Positions 19,947 through 29,888 of a DNA stretch of 64,000 nucleotides are shown in pieces; the stretch's first letter is position 1; the number at the start of each line of letters is the position of its first letter. Below the pieces are notes generated by a model that saw only the letters and a list, made by a program, of their open reading frames with translations, was not told the origin of the DNA and made no database searches. Source of the DNA: an uncultured Candidatus Competibacteraceae bacterium (GTDB lineage: Bacteria; Bacteroidota; Bacteroidia; CAIKAF01); the NCBI GenBank assembly GCA_964578885.1, contig CAZOEO010000019.1, positions 245-64,244 on the forward strand, read 5' to 3'. The position numbers were made by a program, and so were the translations under genes.

Positions 19947-20135
19947 TTATCCTTTGCGACGGTTTTGTTCCGTAAGCAGTTGGGCAATCACTTTCCTTGA
20001 AGCTTTGAGCACACCCGGATTCTCAAGAGTTGAGATAGCATGGGTCATGCGAAGCTTTTGCAGATTAGCACGCTCAGCGGTCAACTTATCAGTTAATTCA
20101 GCGTCTGTGATATCTTTAATTTCAGCGTATTTCAT
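19947..20135 (-). CDS. rpmC: 50S ribosomal protein L29.
   Basis: 62 aa, ...LRMTHAIS... Confidence 0.9.
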   Translation of the reverse strand: MKYAEIKDITDAELTDKLTAERANLQKLRMTHAISTLENPGVLKASRKVIAQLLTEQNRRKG

Positions 20136-20148
20136 GATCTGCGAAGAT

Positions 20149-20568
20149 TTAAGCTTGATAATCCCTGCGGATTAAAAACTTGGTTTTTACGGGAAGCTTT
20201 TGAGCTGCAAGGCGAAGCGCCTCTTGTGCCACCTCAGTAGGTACGCCGTCAATTTCAAAAAGGATACGACCAGGCTTTACGATAGCTGCCCAGTATTCGG
20301 GGTTACCTTTACCTTTACCCATCCGTACTTCGGCAGGCTTTTTCGTAATAGGTTTATCTGGGAAAATGCGAATCCAAACTTGACCTTCCCGTTTCATGTA
20401 ACGGTTCATGGCTACACGAGCGGCTTCTATTTGACGACCGGTCATCCAGGCATACTCAAGGCTTTTCAGGGCGAAAGATCCGAAAGAGATCTCTGCACCA
20501 CGCTGAGCCACACCTTTCATCCGGCCTTTCTGGACCTTCCGGTATTTTGTTCTTTTAGGCTGAAGCAT
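20149..20568 (-). CDS. rplP: 50S ribosomal protein L16.
   Basis: [19 protein letters not shown]. Confidence 0.95.
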   Translation of the reverse strand: MLQPKRTKYRKVQKGRMKGVAQRGAEISFGSFALKSLEYAWMTGRQIEAARVAMNRYMKREGQVWIRIFPDKPITKKPAEVRMGKGKGNPEYWAAIVKPGRILFEIDGVPTEVAQEALRLAAQKLPVKTKFLIRRDYQA

Positions 20569-20589
20569 GATTGTACTCCTTAATGGTTA

Positions 20590-21312
20590 TCAATTCCGTT
20601 TACGTTTTGGCCTGGGAGCGGTAACTCCTCCTGGCGCTTTGGATGCTGCTGATTTACTGGCGGGGATATTGGGGCTTAAATCCCGTTTACCATACACCTC
20701 ACCCAACATAATCCATACTTTAATTCCGATACGACCATAAGTAGTATGCGCTTCGGCTAAAGCATAATCAATATCCGCTCTGAACGTGTGCAGTGGAATA
20801 CGACCTTCCTTGAAATTCTCGGAACGTGCAATCTCTGCACCAGCCAAACGACCAGAAATAGATACTTTAATACCTTCTGCACCCATACGGATGGTAGAAG
20901 CAATGGCCATTTTAATGGCACGACGGTAAGAAACACGACCTTCGATTTGGCGGGCAATCGAATCGGCAACAAGACGTGCATCCATTTCAGGACGTTTAAT
21001 CTCGGCGATGTTGATACCCACCTCTTTCTTGGTGAGTTTCTTTAATTCTTCACGAAGTTTTTCAACCTCCTGCCCCATTTTACCAATGATAATACCAGGA
21101 CGTGCGGTGTGAATAGTGATGGTTACCAGTTTGTGGGTACGTTCAATAATTACACGTGAAATGCTGGCCTTAGCCAAACGAGCTTTGATGTAGTTACGAA
21201 TGGTTTCGTCTTCAACAAGCTTTTCAGTGTACTTTTTACCACCGTACCAGTTGGATTCCCAACCACGGATGTAACCTAAACGGTTGCCAATTGGATTTGT
21301 CTTTTGTCCCAT
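20590..21312 (-). CDS. rpsC: 30S ribosomal protein S3. Start set at MGQKTNPIG; the track ORF extends 17 codons upstream.
   Basis: [24 protein letters not shown] plus KH domain. Confidence 0.93.
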   Translation of the reverse strand: MGQKTNPIGNRLGYIRGWESNWYGGKKYTEKLVEDETIRNYIKARLAKASISRVIIERTHKLVTITIHTARPGIIIGKMGQEVEKLREELKKLTKKEVGINIAEIKRPEMDARLVADSIARQIEGRVSYRRAIKMAIASTIRMGAEGIKVSISGRLAGAEIARSENFKEGRIPLHTFRADIDYALAEAHTTYGRIGIKVWIMLGEVYGKRDLSPNIPASKSAASKAPGGVTAPRPKRKRN

Positions 21313-21316
21313 GATA

Positions 21317-21733
21317 TTATGCGTTGGCGGGGGTTTCAGTTTCAGTACGACGTCCCAACTCAAGGGTTACATGGTTCGAACGTTTGCGAACACGGTGTGC
21401 ACGACCCTGAGGGGCTGGCTGCACGCGCTTCAACATTCTTCCACCGTCCACAAAAATGGTTTTGATGAAGAGATTTTGTTCGTCTGCACGCTGTCCACTT
21501 TTCACTTCAAAGTTCGCCAAAGCGCTCTTAAGAAGTTTCTCTAAAGGACGGGCAGCCGCCTTAGGAGTAAAGTGAAGGATATCCAAAGCTTTATTGGCAT
21601 CCATACCACGTACTAGATCTGCCACTAAACGCATTTTGCGCGGTGAAGTGGGGAAATTATTGAGTCTGGCAAAATACCGGGACTTATTGGCTTCTTTTCT
21701 GGCGTCTGCGGCCAATTTTTTACGCTTACCCAT
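21317..21733 (-). CDS. rplV: 50S ribosomal protein L22 (true start uncertain; the ORF has an N-terminal extension).
   Basis: ...[32 protein letters not shown]... Confidence 0.9.
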   Translation of the reverse strand: MGKRKKLAADARKEANKSRYFARLNNFPTSPRKMRLVADLVRGMDANKALDILHFTPKAAARPLEKLLKSALANFEVKSGQRADEQNLFIKTIFVDGGRMLKRVQPAPQGRAHRVRKRSNHVTLELGRRTETETPANA

Positions 21734-21751
21734 GATACGTTCCGGTTATAA

Positions 21752-22033
21752 TTAACGTTTACCTTTATCTTTTTTCTGTCCGGCATGTCCTCTCCAGGTA
21801 CGGGTAGGAGCAAATTCGCCTAACTTATGACCTACCATGTTTTCTGTTACATATACAGGAATATGTTTATTCCCATTATGAACAGCGATGGTATGCCCAA
21901 CGAAATCGGGCGTAATCATGGAACGACGAGACCAGGTTTTAATCACCGTCTTTTTACCAGACTGATTTTGGTCCAAAACTCGTTTCTCGAGTTTAAAGTC
22001 TACAAATGGACCTTTTTTTAATGAACGAGCCAT
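21752..22033 (-). CDS. rpsS: 30S ribosomal protein S19.
   Basis: [12 protein letters not shown]... Confidence 0.95.
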   Translation of the reverse strand: MARSLKKGPFVDFKLEKRVLDQNQSGKKTVIKTWSRRSMITPDFVGHTIAVHNGNKHIPVYVTENMVGHKLGEFAPTRTWRGHAGQKKDKGKR

Positions 22034-22038
22034 ATAAA

Positions 22039-22866
22039 TTATTTCTTGCGGCGTGCTACAATATACTTAGAGGAGGCCTTGCGTGGGCTGCGGGTTTTAT
22101 AACCTTTGGCCGGAATTCCATTCCGTGAACGTGGGTGTCCACCGGAAGCTCTTCCTTCACCACCACCCATTGGGTGATCCACAGGGTTCATAGCCACACC
22201 GCGTGTACGAGGTCTGCGCCCCAACCAGCGGTTACGACCAGCTTTACCGTGTACGGTAAGGTTATGATCTGCATTACTAACAGCACCAATAACGGCGCGA
22301 CATGTAACCAGCACCATCCGTTGCTCACCGGAAGGAAGACGCAAAACTGCGTATTTTCCTTCACGCGCCGCTAATTGAGCCGAAGCACCAGCTGAGCGAC
22401 AAATAGCAGCACCGCGACCAGGCTGAAGTTCAATATTGTGCACATTGCTACCAAGCGGAATTTCGGAAAGAGGTAAACAATTTCCAAGATCAGGTGATGC
22501 ACCCGGACCTGAAACAACGGTTTGCCCTACTTGCAATCCTGTTGGCGCAATAATGTACGCTTTTTCACCATCTGCGTAAGCCAACAAGGCAATACGAGCT
22601 GTACGATTTGGATCGTATTCAATGGTCTTCACAGTGGCTGGAACACCATCTTTGGTCCGCTTGAAATCTACAATACGGAGGCGCTTTTTATGACCACCAC
22701 CTAAATGGCGCATAGTCATTTTTCCGCTACCATTACGACCTCCAGAACGTTTTTTTACAACGGTCAGGGATTTTTCTGGAGCATTAGGCGCAGTAACCTC
22801 TTTAAAATCAGAAATTACTTTAAAACGAGTACCGGGAGTTACCGGGCGAAACTTTCTTAAACCCAT
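22039..22866 (-). CDS. rplB: 50S ribosomal protein L2.
   Basis: 275 aa, ...[15 protein letters not shown]... Confidence 0.95.
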   Translation of the reverse strand: MGLRKFRPVTPGTRFKVISDFKEVTAPNAPEKSLTVVKKRSGGRNGSGKMTMRHLGGGHKKRLRIVDFKRTKDGVPATVKTIEYDPNRTARIALLAYADGEKAYIIAPTGLQVGQTVVSGPGASPDLGNCLPLSEIPLGSNVHNIELQPGRGAAICRSAGASAQLAAREGKYAVLRLPSGEQRMVLVTCRAVIGAVSNADHNLTVHGKAGRNRWLGRRPRTRGVAMNPVDHPMGGGEGRASGGHPRSRNGIPAKGYKTRSPRKASSKYIVARRKK

Positions 22867-22870
22867 GATA

Positions 22871-23164
22871 TTATAGATTTGCGAAGAGGTCGATTTGATC
22901 GCCTTCTTTCAGGGTTACCACTGCTTTCTTAAATGCGTCTGTGTGACCTTTAAGGATACCGCTTTTGCTATAGCGTACCACTTCACGACCACTGTAAATC
23001 ATGGTATTGATGCTTTGAACTTTAACACCATAATAGCCTTCAATGGCAGAACGAATCTGAGCCTTGTCCGCTTTCCGATTTACAATAAAGCCATACCGGT
23101 TGAACTTTTCACCGGCGGCAGTCATTTTCTCTGTGAGAATAGGCTTGAGAATGATATGGCTCAT
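22871..23164 (-). CDS. rplW: 50S ribosomal protein L23.
   Basis: 97 aa, in the conserved position. Confidence 0.9.
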   Translation of the reverse strand: MSHIILKPILTEKMTAAGEKFNRYGFIVNRKADKAQIRSAIEGYYGVKVQSINTMIYSGREVVRYSKSGILKGHTDAFKKAVVTLKEGDQIDLFANL

Positions 23165-23165
23165 G

Positions 23166-23792
23166 TCAGAAGCTTAAAAGGTTTTCAACAACAGGCAGGG
23201 TGCTTTCCGCCATAATCACACGTTCAGCATCCATCACTTCATACGTATTCAGCTCAGAAGCAGAAATTACGTTGGCAGAAGGAATGTTGCGGGAAGAAAG
23301 GTATACGTTACCAACTGCATCCGGCAGAACCAACAATACTTTCTTGTTGTCTACATTAAAGGATTTCAAGAAGGAAACGAAGGCCTTGGTTTTAGGAGCT
23401 TCGAAGTTGAAGTCTTCCACGACAGTAAGACGATCTTGTGTTACTACGTAGCTAATCGCAGACCTACGGGCTACGCGCTTCAACTTTTTATTTAATTTAA
23501 AATGGTAATCTCTGGGTTGTGGACCAAAAATTCTACCTCCATCACGGAACAATGGGTTTTTGATAGAACCTTTACGTGATCCACCAGTACCTTTTTGTTT
23601 GTGAAGTTTGCGTGTAGAGCCATGTACCTCGTTCCGTTGTTTGGTTTTGGAAGTACCTTGACGGTTATTGGCCAAAAACTGCTTTACATCGAGCCAAATG
23701 GCGTGATCGTTAGGCTCGGAGGCAAACAAATCATCTTTAAGAGAAACCTTGCGACCGGTTTCTTTACCGGCGAGATTATATACTGCTAATTC
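23166..23792 (-). CDS. rplD: 50S ribosomal protein L4. Start set at MELAVYNLAGKETGRKV; the track ORF extends 8 codons and would overlap rplC.
   Basis: Conserved L4 N-terminus. Confidence 0.9.
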   Translation of the reverse strand, partial: ELAVYNLAGKETGRKVSLKDDLFASEPNDHAIWLDVKQFLANNRQGTSKTKQRNEVHGSTRKLHKQKGTGGSRKGSIKNPLFRDGGRIFGPQPRDYHFKLNKKLKRVARRSAISYVVTQDRLTVVEDFNFEAPKTKAFVSFLKSFNVDNKKVLLVLPDAVGNVYLSSRNIPSANVISASELNTYEVMDAERVIMAESTLPVVENLLSF

Positions 23793-23805
23793 CATGATAT
23801 CCTCC

Positions 23806-24423
23806 TTACTTTTCAATCATTACATAAGACCCTTTGTGCCCTGGTATATTACCGGAAACAATGAGTAAATTTTGTTCAGGAATCACTTTCAACACACGCA
23901 GGTTTTGTGCTTTTACACGGGCATTACCCATTTGTCCAGCCATGCGCATACCTTTAAATACACGTGATGGGAAAGACGATGCGCCCAAAGAACCTGGGTG
24001 ACGTTGACGGTTGTGCTGACCATGGGTGCGTCCACCAACCCCGGCAAATCCATGGCGTTTTACAACACCCTGAAAACCGCGGCCTTTTGAGGTGCCTACG
24101 ACATCCACGAAATCACCTTCCGCAAATAACTCCACGGATAGGGACTGGCCCAAAGTAACCTGGGCCTCGAAACCTTTGAATTCAGCCACTTTTGCCATAG
24201 GTTTTACACCTGCTTTGGTAAAGTGACCGATTTCAGCCTTGGTGGCGTGTTTCTCTTTTTTCTCCTCGAAACCAAGTTGAATGGCTTCGTAGCCATCTTT
24301 TTCCTCGGTTTTAATCTGGGTGACCACACAAGGACCGGCTTGAATCACTGTACAAGGTACAATGCGTCCGTTCTCGTTGAAGAGGCTGGTCATCCCAATT
24401 TTCTTGCCTATCAGACCTGACAT
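23806..24423 (-). CDS. rplC: 50S ribosomal protein L3.
   Basis: [39 protein letters not shown]. Confidence 0.95.
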   Translation of the reverse strand: MSGLIGKKIGMTSLFNENGRIVPCTVIQAGPCVVTQIKTEEKDGYEAIQLGFEEKKEKHATKAEIGHFTKAGVKPMAKVAEFKGFEAQVTLGQSLSVELFAEGDFVDVVGTSKGRGFQGVVKRHGFAGVGGRTHGQHNRQRHPGSLGASSFPSRVFKGMRMAGQMGNARVKAQNLRVLKVIPEQNLLIVSGNIPGHKGSYVMIEK

Positions 24424-24485
24424 AGCATTTGAATTATCCGCAGCGGAGTCCTGACCAGCCAGTCTGAACTCTTACGGGGGTTAAA

Positions 24486-24791
24486 CTACACTTTAATTTC
24501 AACTTCTACTCCTGAAGGGAGTTCTAATTTCATAAGGGCATCGATAGTCTTGGTAGAAGAGCTATAGATGTCCATCAACCGTTTGTAAGAACAAAGCTGG
24601 AATTGCTCACGAGATTTCTTGTTCACGTGAGGAGAACGAAGGACGGTGTAAATGCGCTTGTGGGTAGGAAGCGGAATCGGTCCATTTACCACAGCACCAG
24701 TCGCCTTTACCGTTTTCACGATTTTCTCCGCAGACTTGTCCACCAGGTTGTAGTCGTACGACTTCAATTTGATGCGGATTTTTTGGCTCAT
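24486..24791 (-). CDS. rpsJ: 30S ribosomal protein S10.
   Basis: [25 protein letters not shown]... Confidence 0.95.
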   Translation of the reverse strand: MSQKIRIKLKSYDYNLVDKSAEKIVKTVKATGAVVNGPIPLPTHKRIYTVLRSPHVNKKSREQFQLCSYKRLMDIYSSSTKTIDALMKLELPSGVEVEIKV

Positions 24792-24823
24792 TTTGTTTTC
24801 TTCAGTTATATAATACCCCTAAA

Positions 24824-24882
24824 AACGGGCTTGCAAAAGTGCAAGTTTATTTTTAAAAAACCAACAGTAAGGTGTTAATTTT
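24824..24882 (-). promoter_or_regulatory. Conserved promoter-like element, copy B, upstream of rpsJ (the S10 operon promoter).
   Basis: Alignment with copies A and C; sits between the fusA terminator and the rpsJ start. Confidence 0.6.
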
Positions 24883-24924
24883 GAAAAGAATATTTTCAGC
24901 CTTATTTACCAACCCTGTTGAAAC

Positions 24925-24960
24925 AAAAAGGGGCCGCCTTTCGGGGCCCCTCCGTAACAT
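24925..24960 (-). terminator. Rho-independent terminator after fusA (aggggccccgaaaggcggcccct + T-run on the minus strand).
   Basis: GC hairpin plus tttttgttt right after the fusA stop. Confidence 0.65.
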
Positions 24961-24966
24961 TTATGT

Positions 24967-27096
24967 TTAGGCGTTTACCTTGCCTTTTACCTTTGCAATT
25001 ACCTCTTCTACGATATTGCGTGGAGCTGGATCGTAATGGCTAAACTCCATGGTAGAAGCCGCACGACCGGAGGTAATGGTACGTAAAGAAGTTACGTAAC
25101 CGAACATTTCACTCAGCGGAACTTTGGCTTTAACCACTTTGGCATTACCGCGGCTATCCATTCCTTCGATCTGCCCACGACGACGGTTCAAGTCACCTAC
25201 TACGTCACCCATGTTCTCGTCCGGTGTAACCACTTCCACTTTCATGATAGGCTCAAGAAGGATAGGCTTGGCTTTTGGCAAAGCTTCGCGATAAGCCATT
25301 TTGGCACACAATTCAAACGAAAGTGAATCGGAGTCAACCGCGTGATAAGAACCATCCAGCAAGGTTACTTTGATACCGGTCAAAGGGAAGCCGGCCAATA
25401 CACCATTACTTAAAGAGGCTTCAAAACCTTTTTGAACAGATGGAATGTATTCGCGAGGAATGTTACCACCTTTCACCATATCGATGAATTCCAGACCTAC
25501 TTTTTCGTCGGAATTCGGTTCAATAGTTACAACGATATCGGCGAACTTACCACGACCACCCGTTTGCTTCTTGTACACTTCACGGTGTTCAACGCGCCCG
25601 GTGATGGCTTCTTTGTAGGCCACCTGAGGTGCACCCTGGTTACATTCTACTTTGAATTCGCGACGAAGACGGTCAAGGATAATTTCAAGGTGAAGTTCAC
25701 CCATACCAGAGATAATGGTTTGCCCGGAATCCTCATCGGTATGTACGCGGAAGGTTGGATCTTCTTCAGCGAGTTTGAACAAAGCGTTACCAAGACGATC
25801 AAGGTCAGCCTGAGTTTTAGGCTCAATAGCCACACCAATTACAGGCTCAGGGAACGACATGGCTTCCAAAGCGATAGGCTTATTCTCATCGCAAAGCGTA
25901 TCACCAGTACGGATATCTTTGAAACCAACAGCAGCACCGATATCACCAGCTTCGATGAAGTCGATAGGGTTTTGCTTATTGGAGTGCATTTGGAACAAAC
26001 GTGAGATACGTTCTTTGTTTCCGGTCCGAACATTTAAAACGTATGAACCAGCATCCAAACGACCGGAGTACATTCGGAAGAAGCAAAGACGTCCTACATA
26101 TGGATCGGTGGCAATTTTGAAGGCAAGTGCGGCCATGGGTTCAGAAGCACTAGGCTTTCTGATTTCTGGCTCTTCCGTATCCGGGTTGGTACCAACAACT
26201 GCCTCAAGGTCCATTGGGGATGGCAGATAACGAATAACTGCATCCAACATGGTTTGCACACCTTTATTTTTGAAAGATGAACCACAAAGCATTGGCGTGA
26301 TGGCCATAGAAAGGGTAGCTTTCCGAATGGCATTGTGAATTTCATCCTCAGTAAGGCTGTTGGGATCGTCGAAGAATTTCTCCATCAAAACATCGTCACT
26401 TTCAGCAACGGTCTCGAGCATGTAATTGCGATACTTTTCTACGTCTTCAACTACGTCAGCAGGAATATCTACTACAGTATATCTCGCACCTTCAGAAGCG
26501 TCGTCCCAGATAATGGCCTGCATACGAACCAGGTCTACCACGCCCTTAAATGTTTCCTCAGATCCAATAGGAATCTGAAGAGGAACTGGCTTGGCACCTA
26601 AACGTTCTTTTACCTGACCTACTACATTGAGGAAGTCGGCACCAGCGCGGTCCATTTTGTTTACGAAACCGATTCGTGGAACGCTGTATTTGTTCATCTG
26701 ACGCCATACGGTTTCAGACTGAGGCTCTACACCACCTACGGCGCAGAACAAAGCTACAGCTCCATCGAGTACACGTAAAGAACGTTCTACTTCAACAGTA
26801 AAGTCTACGTGACCTGGCGTGTCAATAAGGTTGATCTGATATTGCTTGGTATCAGGGGTGCTTTGACCTTGTTTGGTCGGGAAGTTCCAGAAGCAAGTAG
26901 TTGCGGCAGAGGTAATGGTGATACCCCGCTCTTGTTCCTGTACCATCCAGTCCATGGTAGCAGCTCCATCATGCACCTCTCCGAGCTTATGGGTTTTACC
27001 AGTATAATAGAGAATGCGTTCGGATGTGGTGGTTTTACCTGCGTCGATGTGTGCAGAGATACCAATATTTCGGGTGAACCTTAGGTCACGTGCCAT
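24967..27096 (-). CDS. fusA: Elongation factor G.
   Basis: 709 aa; [11 protein letters not shown]1 motif, DTPGHVDF, in the conserved position after rpsG. Confidence 0.97.
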   Translation of the reverse strand: MARDLRFTRNIGISAHIDAGKTTTSERILYYTGKTHKLGEVHDGAATMDWMVQEQERGITITSAATTCFWNFPTKQGQSTPDTKQYQINLIDTPGHVDFTVEVERSLRVLDGAVALFCAVGGVEPQSETVWRQMNKYSVPRIGFVNKMDRAGADFLNVVGQVKERLGAKPVPLQIPIGSEETFKGVVDLVRMQAIIWDDASEGARYTVVDIPADVVEDVEKYRNYMLETVAESDDVLMEKFFDDPNSLTEDEIHNAIRKATLSMAITPMLCGSSFKNKGVQTMLDAVIRYLPSPMDLEAVVGTNPDTEEPEIRKPSASEPMAALAFKIATDPYVGRLCFFRMYSGRLDAGSYVLNVRTGNKERISRLFQMHSNKQNPIDFIEAGDIGAAVGFKDIRTGDTLCDENKPIALEAMSFPEPVIGVAIEPKTQADLDRLGNALFKLAEEDPTFRVHTDEDSGQTIISGMGELHLEIILDRLRREFKVECNQGAPQVAYKEAITGRVEHREVYKKQTGGRGKFADIVVTIEPNSDEKVGLEFIDMVKGGNIPREYIPSVQKGFEASLSNGVLAGFPLTGIKVTLLDGSYHAVDSDSLSFELCAKMAYREALPKAKPILLEPIMKVEVVTPDENMGDVVGDLNRRRGQIEGMDSRGNAKVVKAKVPLSEMFGYVTSLRTITSGRAASTMEFSHYDPAPRNIVEEVIAKVKGKVNA

Positions 27097-27121
27097 GATT
27101 GAAAGTAGGCTAAACGGTTAA

Positions 27122-27592
27122 TTAAAAGCGAAAATGAGAGAAGGCCTTGTTGGCTTCGGCCATACGGTGGGTGTCTTCTTTTTTCTTGTAAGCACCACCT
27201 TCATTATTGAAAGCAGCAACCACCTCGTTGGCTAATTTCTGAGCCATGGATTTATCGTTGCGCTTGCGGGCAGCAAGAATCATCCACTTCATTCCCAGAG
27301 AAAGTCTACGAGAAGGACGAATTTCCTGAGGAATTTGGAAAGTAGAACCACCTACACGGCGAGAGCGAACCTCTACGGCAGGAGTTACATTTTCCAAAGC
27401 ACGCTTCCATACATTAACGGGTACTTCTTCATTGATACGTTTTTCAACGATATCCATAGCACCGTAAAAAATGTCGTAAGCAGTTTGCTTTTTACCTTGC
27501 AACATCAGGTTATTCACAAATTTGGTCACGAGGGTATCATTGTACCGGGGATCAGGTAAAATGATCCGTTTTTTTGGTTTCGCTTTTCTCAT
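27122..27592 (-). CDS. rpsG: 30S ribosomal protein S7.
   Basis: 156 aa, conserved position and motifs. Confidence 0.95.
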   Translation of the reverse strand: MRKAKPKKRIILPDPRYNDTLVTKFVNNLMLQGKKQTAYDIFYGAMDIVEKRINEEVPVNVWKRALENVTPAVEVRSRRVGGSTFQIPQEIRPSRRLSLGMKWMILAARKRNDKSMAQKLANEVVAAFNNEGGAYKKKEDTHRMAEANKAFSHFRF

Positions 27593-27610
27593 TTGGAGAC
27601 TGTAAGGAAA

Positions 27611-28012
27611 TTATTTTTTTACTGGGGCTTTGCCACCTTTATCTTTTGGACGTTTTGTACCATACTTGGAACGACGCTGGTTACGGCCGTTTACACCGGC
27701 TGTATCCAATGCACCGCGCACAATGTGGTAACGTACGCCTGGTAGATCTTTTACCCGACCACCGCGGACAAGCACAATAGAGTGCTCTTGAAGGTTGTGA
27801 CCTTCTCCGGGGATGTAGGCGTTGACCTCACGTCCGTTGGAAAGACGCACCCTGGCTACTTTACGCAGAGCAGAGTTCGGTTTCTTCGGGGTGGTGGTGT
27901 ACACCCTTACACATACGCCACGACGTTGTGGGCATGAATCAAGAGCAATGGACTTGCTCTTTTTCACCACTTTCTCGCGTCCTTTACGGACTAATTGTTG
28001 AATTGTCGGCAT
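27611..28012 (-). CDS. rpsL: 30S ribosomal protein S12.
   Basis: [12 protein letters not shown]...[11 protein letters not shown]... Confidence 0.95.
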   Translation of the reverse strand: MPTIQQLVRKGREKVVKKSKSIALDSCPQRRGVCVRVYTTTPKKPNSALRKVARVRLSNGREVNAYIPGEGHNLQEHSIVLVRGGRVKDLPGVRYHIVRGALDTAGVNGRNQRRSKYGTKRPKDKGGKAPVKK

Positions 28013-28047
28013 TCTCTAAATTCGTTATCCGAGTAATTGCTTTATAA

Positions 28048-28129
28048 TACCCCCAAAAACGGGCTTGCAAAGGTGCTGGTTTTTTCTTTAATATCCAACA
28101 ACCCTTTGTTAATTTTTTTAAGGAAGAAA
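28048..28129 (-). promoter_or_regulatory. Conserved promoter-like element, copy C, upstream of rpsL (the str operon promoter).
   Basis: Alignment with copies A and B. Confidence 0.6.
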
Positions 28130-28150
28130 TTGAAAGGGCTGTGATTACCT

Positions 28151-28879
28151 TTGTACACGAAAAATAATTCCACTTTGTACACCCTTATTACCGGAGCCAC
28201 AGAAGGCATTGGAAAATCACTGGCCTATCAGTTTGCCGCAGCAGGACATGACCTGGCTCTGGCTGCAAGGTCTGGCGACCAACTCATCCTCCTTAAAAAG
28301 AACCTGGAACAAAGATACAACATCAAAGTCTTTTTTCGTGCCGCTGATTTCAGTCGGAAAACGGAAGCCATTCTCTGGGCGGAACAGGTGAAAAAAGAAA
28401 TGGGTTCGCCCACGGTTCTGATTCATAATGTAGGTATGTTTGCCCAACATCCCCTGTTTCATCAGGGAGAAAGTGACCTGGAATCGATGCTGCGTACCAA
28501 CTTATTGGCCGCCCACGTAATTACAGCGGTATTTAGACAAGGCATGATGTCGCGGGGAAATGGCCATATCTTTAATATGGTGTCCTCTGCAGCCGTACGC
28601 AGCCGAAAAGATGCACCTGCCTACTCCATTTCAAAAGCCGCACTTTTGGCTTGGTCCGATGCACTCTTCGAAGAAATGAGACCGCATGGAATCAGAGTAA
28701 CAGCCGTGCTTCCGGGACCAGTGTACACCCACGCCTGGAAAGATGTACCTCTTGATGCGGCACGTTTTATTCATCCGGACGAAGTCGCCAGAATGATATA
28801 TGAATGTTTTCGCACCTCCGGCATGGCCGTAACCAGCCGGCTGGATTTGCGCAGTATGGACCAACAACTAGATCCTTAA
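28151..28879 (+). CDS. Short-chain dehydrogenase/reductase (SDR) family oxidoreductase.
   Basis: TGATEGIGKSLA Rossmann motif; YxxxK (YSISKAAL). Confidence 0.85.
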   Translation: MYTKNNSTLYTLITGATEGIGKSLAYQFAAAGHDLALAARSGDQLILLKKNLEQRYNIKVFFRAADFSRKTEAILWAEQVKKEMGSPTVLIHNVGMFAQHPLFHQGESDLESMLRTNLLAAHVITAVFRQGMMSRGNGHIFNMVSSAAVRSRKDAPAYSISKAALLAWSDALFEEMRPHGIRVTAVLPGPVYTHAWKDVPLDAARFIHPDEVARMIYECFRTSGMAVTSRLDLRSMDQQLDP

Positions 28880-28885
28880 AACCTC

Positions 28886-29566
28886 ATGGGAAAAAATAAA
28901 TTATCCAAATTCGCCGAAAACGAAACCTGGGAACACCTCTTGCAGCCTAATTATGACCAACTGATTCAGGAAGGATTCCCATTGAAAGGAAATTGGAAAA
29001 CATTCTTCAAAAACAATGCGCCCATCACCCTGGAACTTGCCTGTGGAAAAGGAGAATATTCCGTTGGACTCGGACAGCTCTACCCGCAAAGAAACTTTAT
29101 AGGTATGGATGTAAAAGGCGCACGTTTATGGCGCGGTGCCAAATCAGTAGCCGAATTACAACTTCCAAATGTGGCTTTTTTGCGACAACGCATCGCACTG
29201 ATTCCTATGTTTTTTTCGCCGGAAGACCATGTGGAAGCCATTTGGATTATTTTCCCGGATCCCCAACCCAGAAAGAGTAAAGCATCCAAAAGACTCACGT
29301 CTCCAGAATATTTAAGTCGTTACAGACAATTTATGTCCCCGGACGGGATCGTACACCTGAAAACAGACGCTGAATCTTTATTCGAATTCACCCTTGAAGT
29401 CATTCAGGAGCAAGGCCTCGAAATCATTCAGTCATCCAGAGATGTGTATACCGATTTTCCCGGCCATCCGGAACTCTCCATTCGCACTTTTTATGAATCC
29501 ATCTGGCTGGACATGGGCAAAAAAATTCATTATCTTGCGTTCCGCATAGGCCATGAACCAGCATGA
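28886..29566 (+). CDS. trmB: tRNA (guanine46-N7)-methyltransferase TrmB.
   Basis: LELACGKGEY...FIGMDVKG...IFPDPQPRK pattern typical of TrmB. Confidence 0.8.
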   Translation: MGKNKLSKFAENETWEHLLQPNYDQLIQEGFPLKGNWKTFFKNNAPITLELACGKGEYSVGLGQLYPQRNFIGMDVKGARLWRGAKSVAELQLPNVAFLRQRIALIPMFFSPEDHVEAIWIIFPDPQPRKSKASKRLTSPEYLSRYRQFMSPDGIVHLKTDAESLFEFTLEVIQEQGLEIIQSSRDVYTDFPGHPELSIRTFYESIWLDMGKKIHYLAFRIGHEPA

Positions 29567-29888
29567 TTTTTTTCGCGATGTATATGAAGTGGTGAGAGCC
29601 GTTCCTTATGGTAAAGTAACCACTTACGGGGCCATCGCCAGGTATTTGGGCGCGGCCGGGAGCGCACGCATGGTCGGATATGCCATGAATGCATCCCATC
29701 AGGAAATTGTCCCCGTTCCAGCACATCGCGTAGTCAATCGGATGGGGTTACTCACCGGAAAACATCATTTTTCCACGCCCAATACCATGCAAAATTTGCT
29801 GGAAGAAGAAGGCCACCAAATTATTGAAGACCGTATCATGGATTTCCAGAACAAATTCTGGGATCCTTCACAAGCTTTACAATTATGA
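29553..29888 (+). CDS. MGMT-family protein: methylated-DNA-[protein]-cysteine methyltransferase DNA-binding-domain-like, 111 aa.
   Basis: VPYGKVTTYGAIARYLG...VPAHRVVNRMGLLTG resembles the Ogt/Ada C-terminal domain but with an apparent His at the usual active-site Cys (PCHR) position. The catalytic N-terminal domain is absent. Confidence 0.65.
   Translation: MNQHDFFRDVYEVVRAVPYGKVTTYGAIARYLGAAGSARMVGYAMNASHQEIVPVPAHRVVNRMGLLTGKHHFSTPNTMQNLLEEEGHQIIEDRIMDFQNKFWDPSQALQL

Noticed and set aside
24792-24966. Missing tuf between fusA and rpsJ as a possible deletion.
   Set aside because: This is the normal Bacteroidota arrangement (tuf elsewhere, with the secE-nusG cluster). A terminator and promoter fill the gap cleanly.
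10846-27084. Dozens of 60-190-aa ORFs antisense to or overlapping r-protein genes, fusA, secY and map (e.g. 10846..11115, 12341..12814, 25432..26004).
   Set aside because: They lie fully inside well-supported conserved genes on the opposite strand or in another frame, with no motifs. Treated as ORF-finder noise.
28020-28047. Possible S12 leader or attenuator structure between the promoter element and the rpsL start.
   Set aside because: Only ~35 nt remain between the -7-like box and the ATG, which is too short for a structured leader. Treated as a plain 5' UTR.
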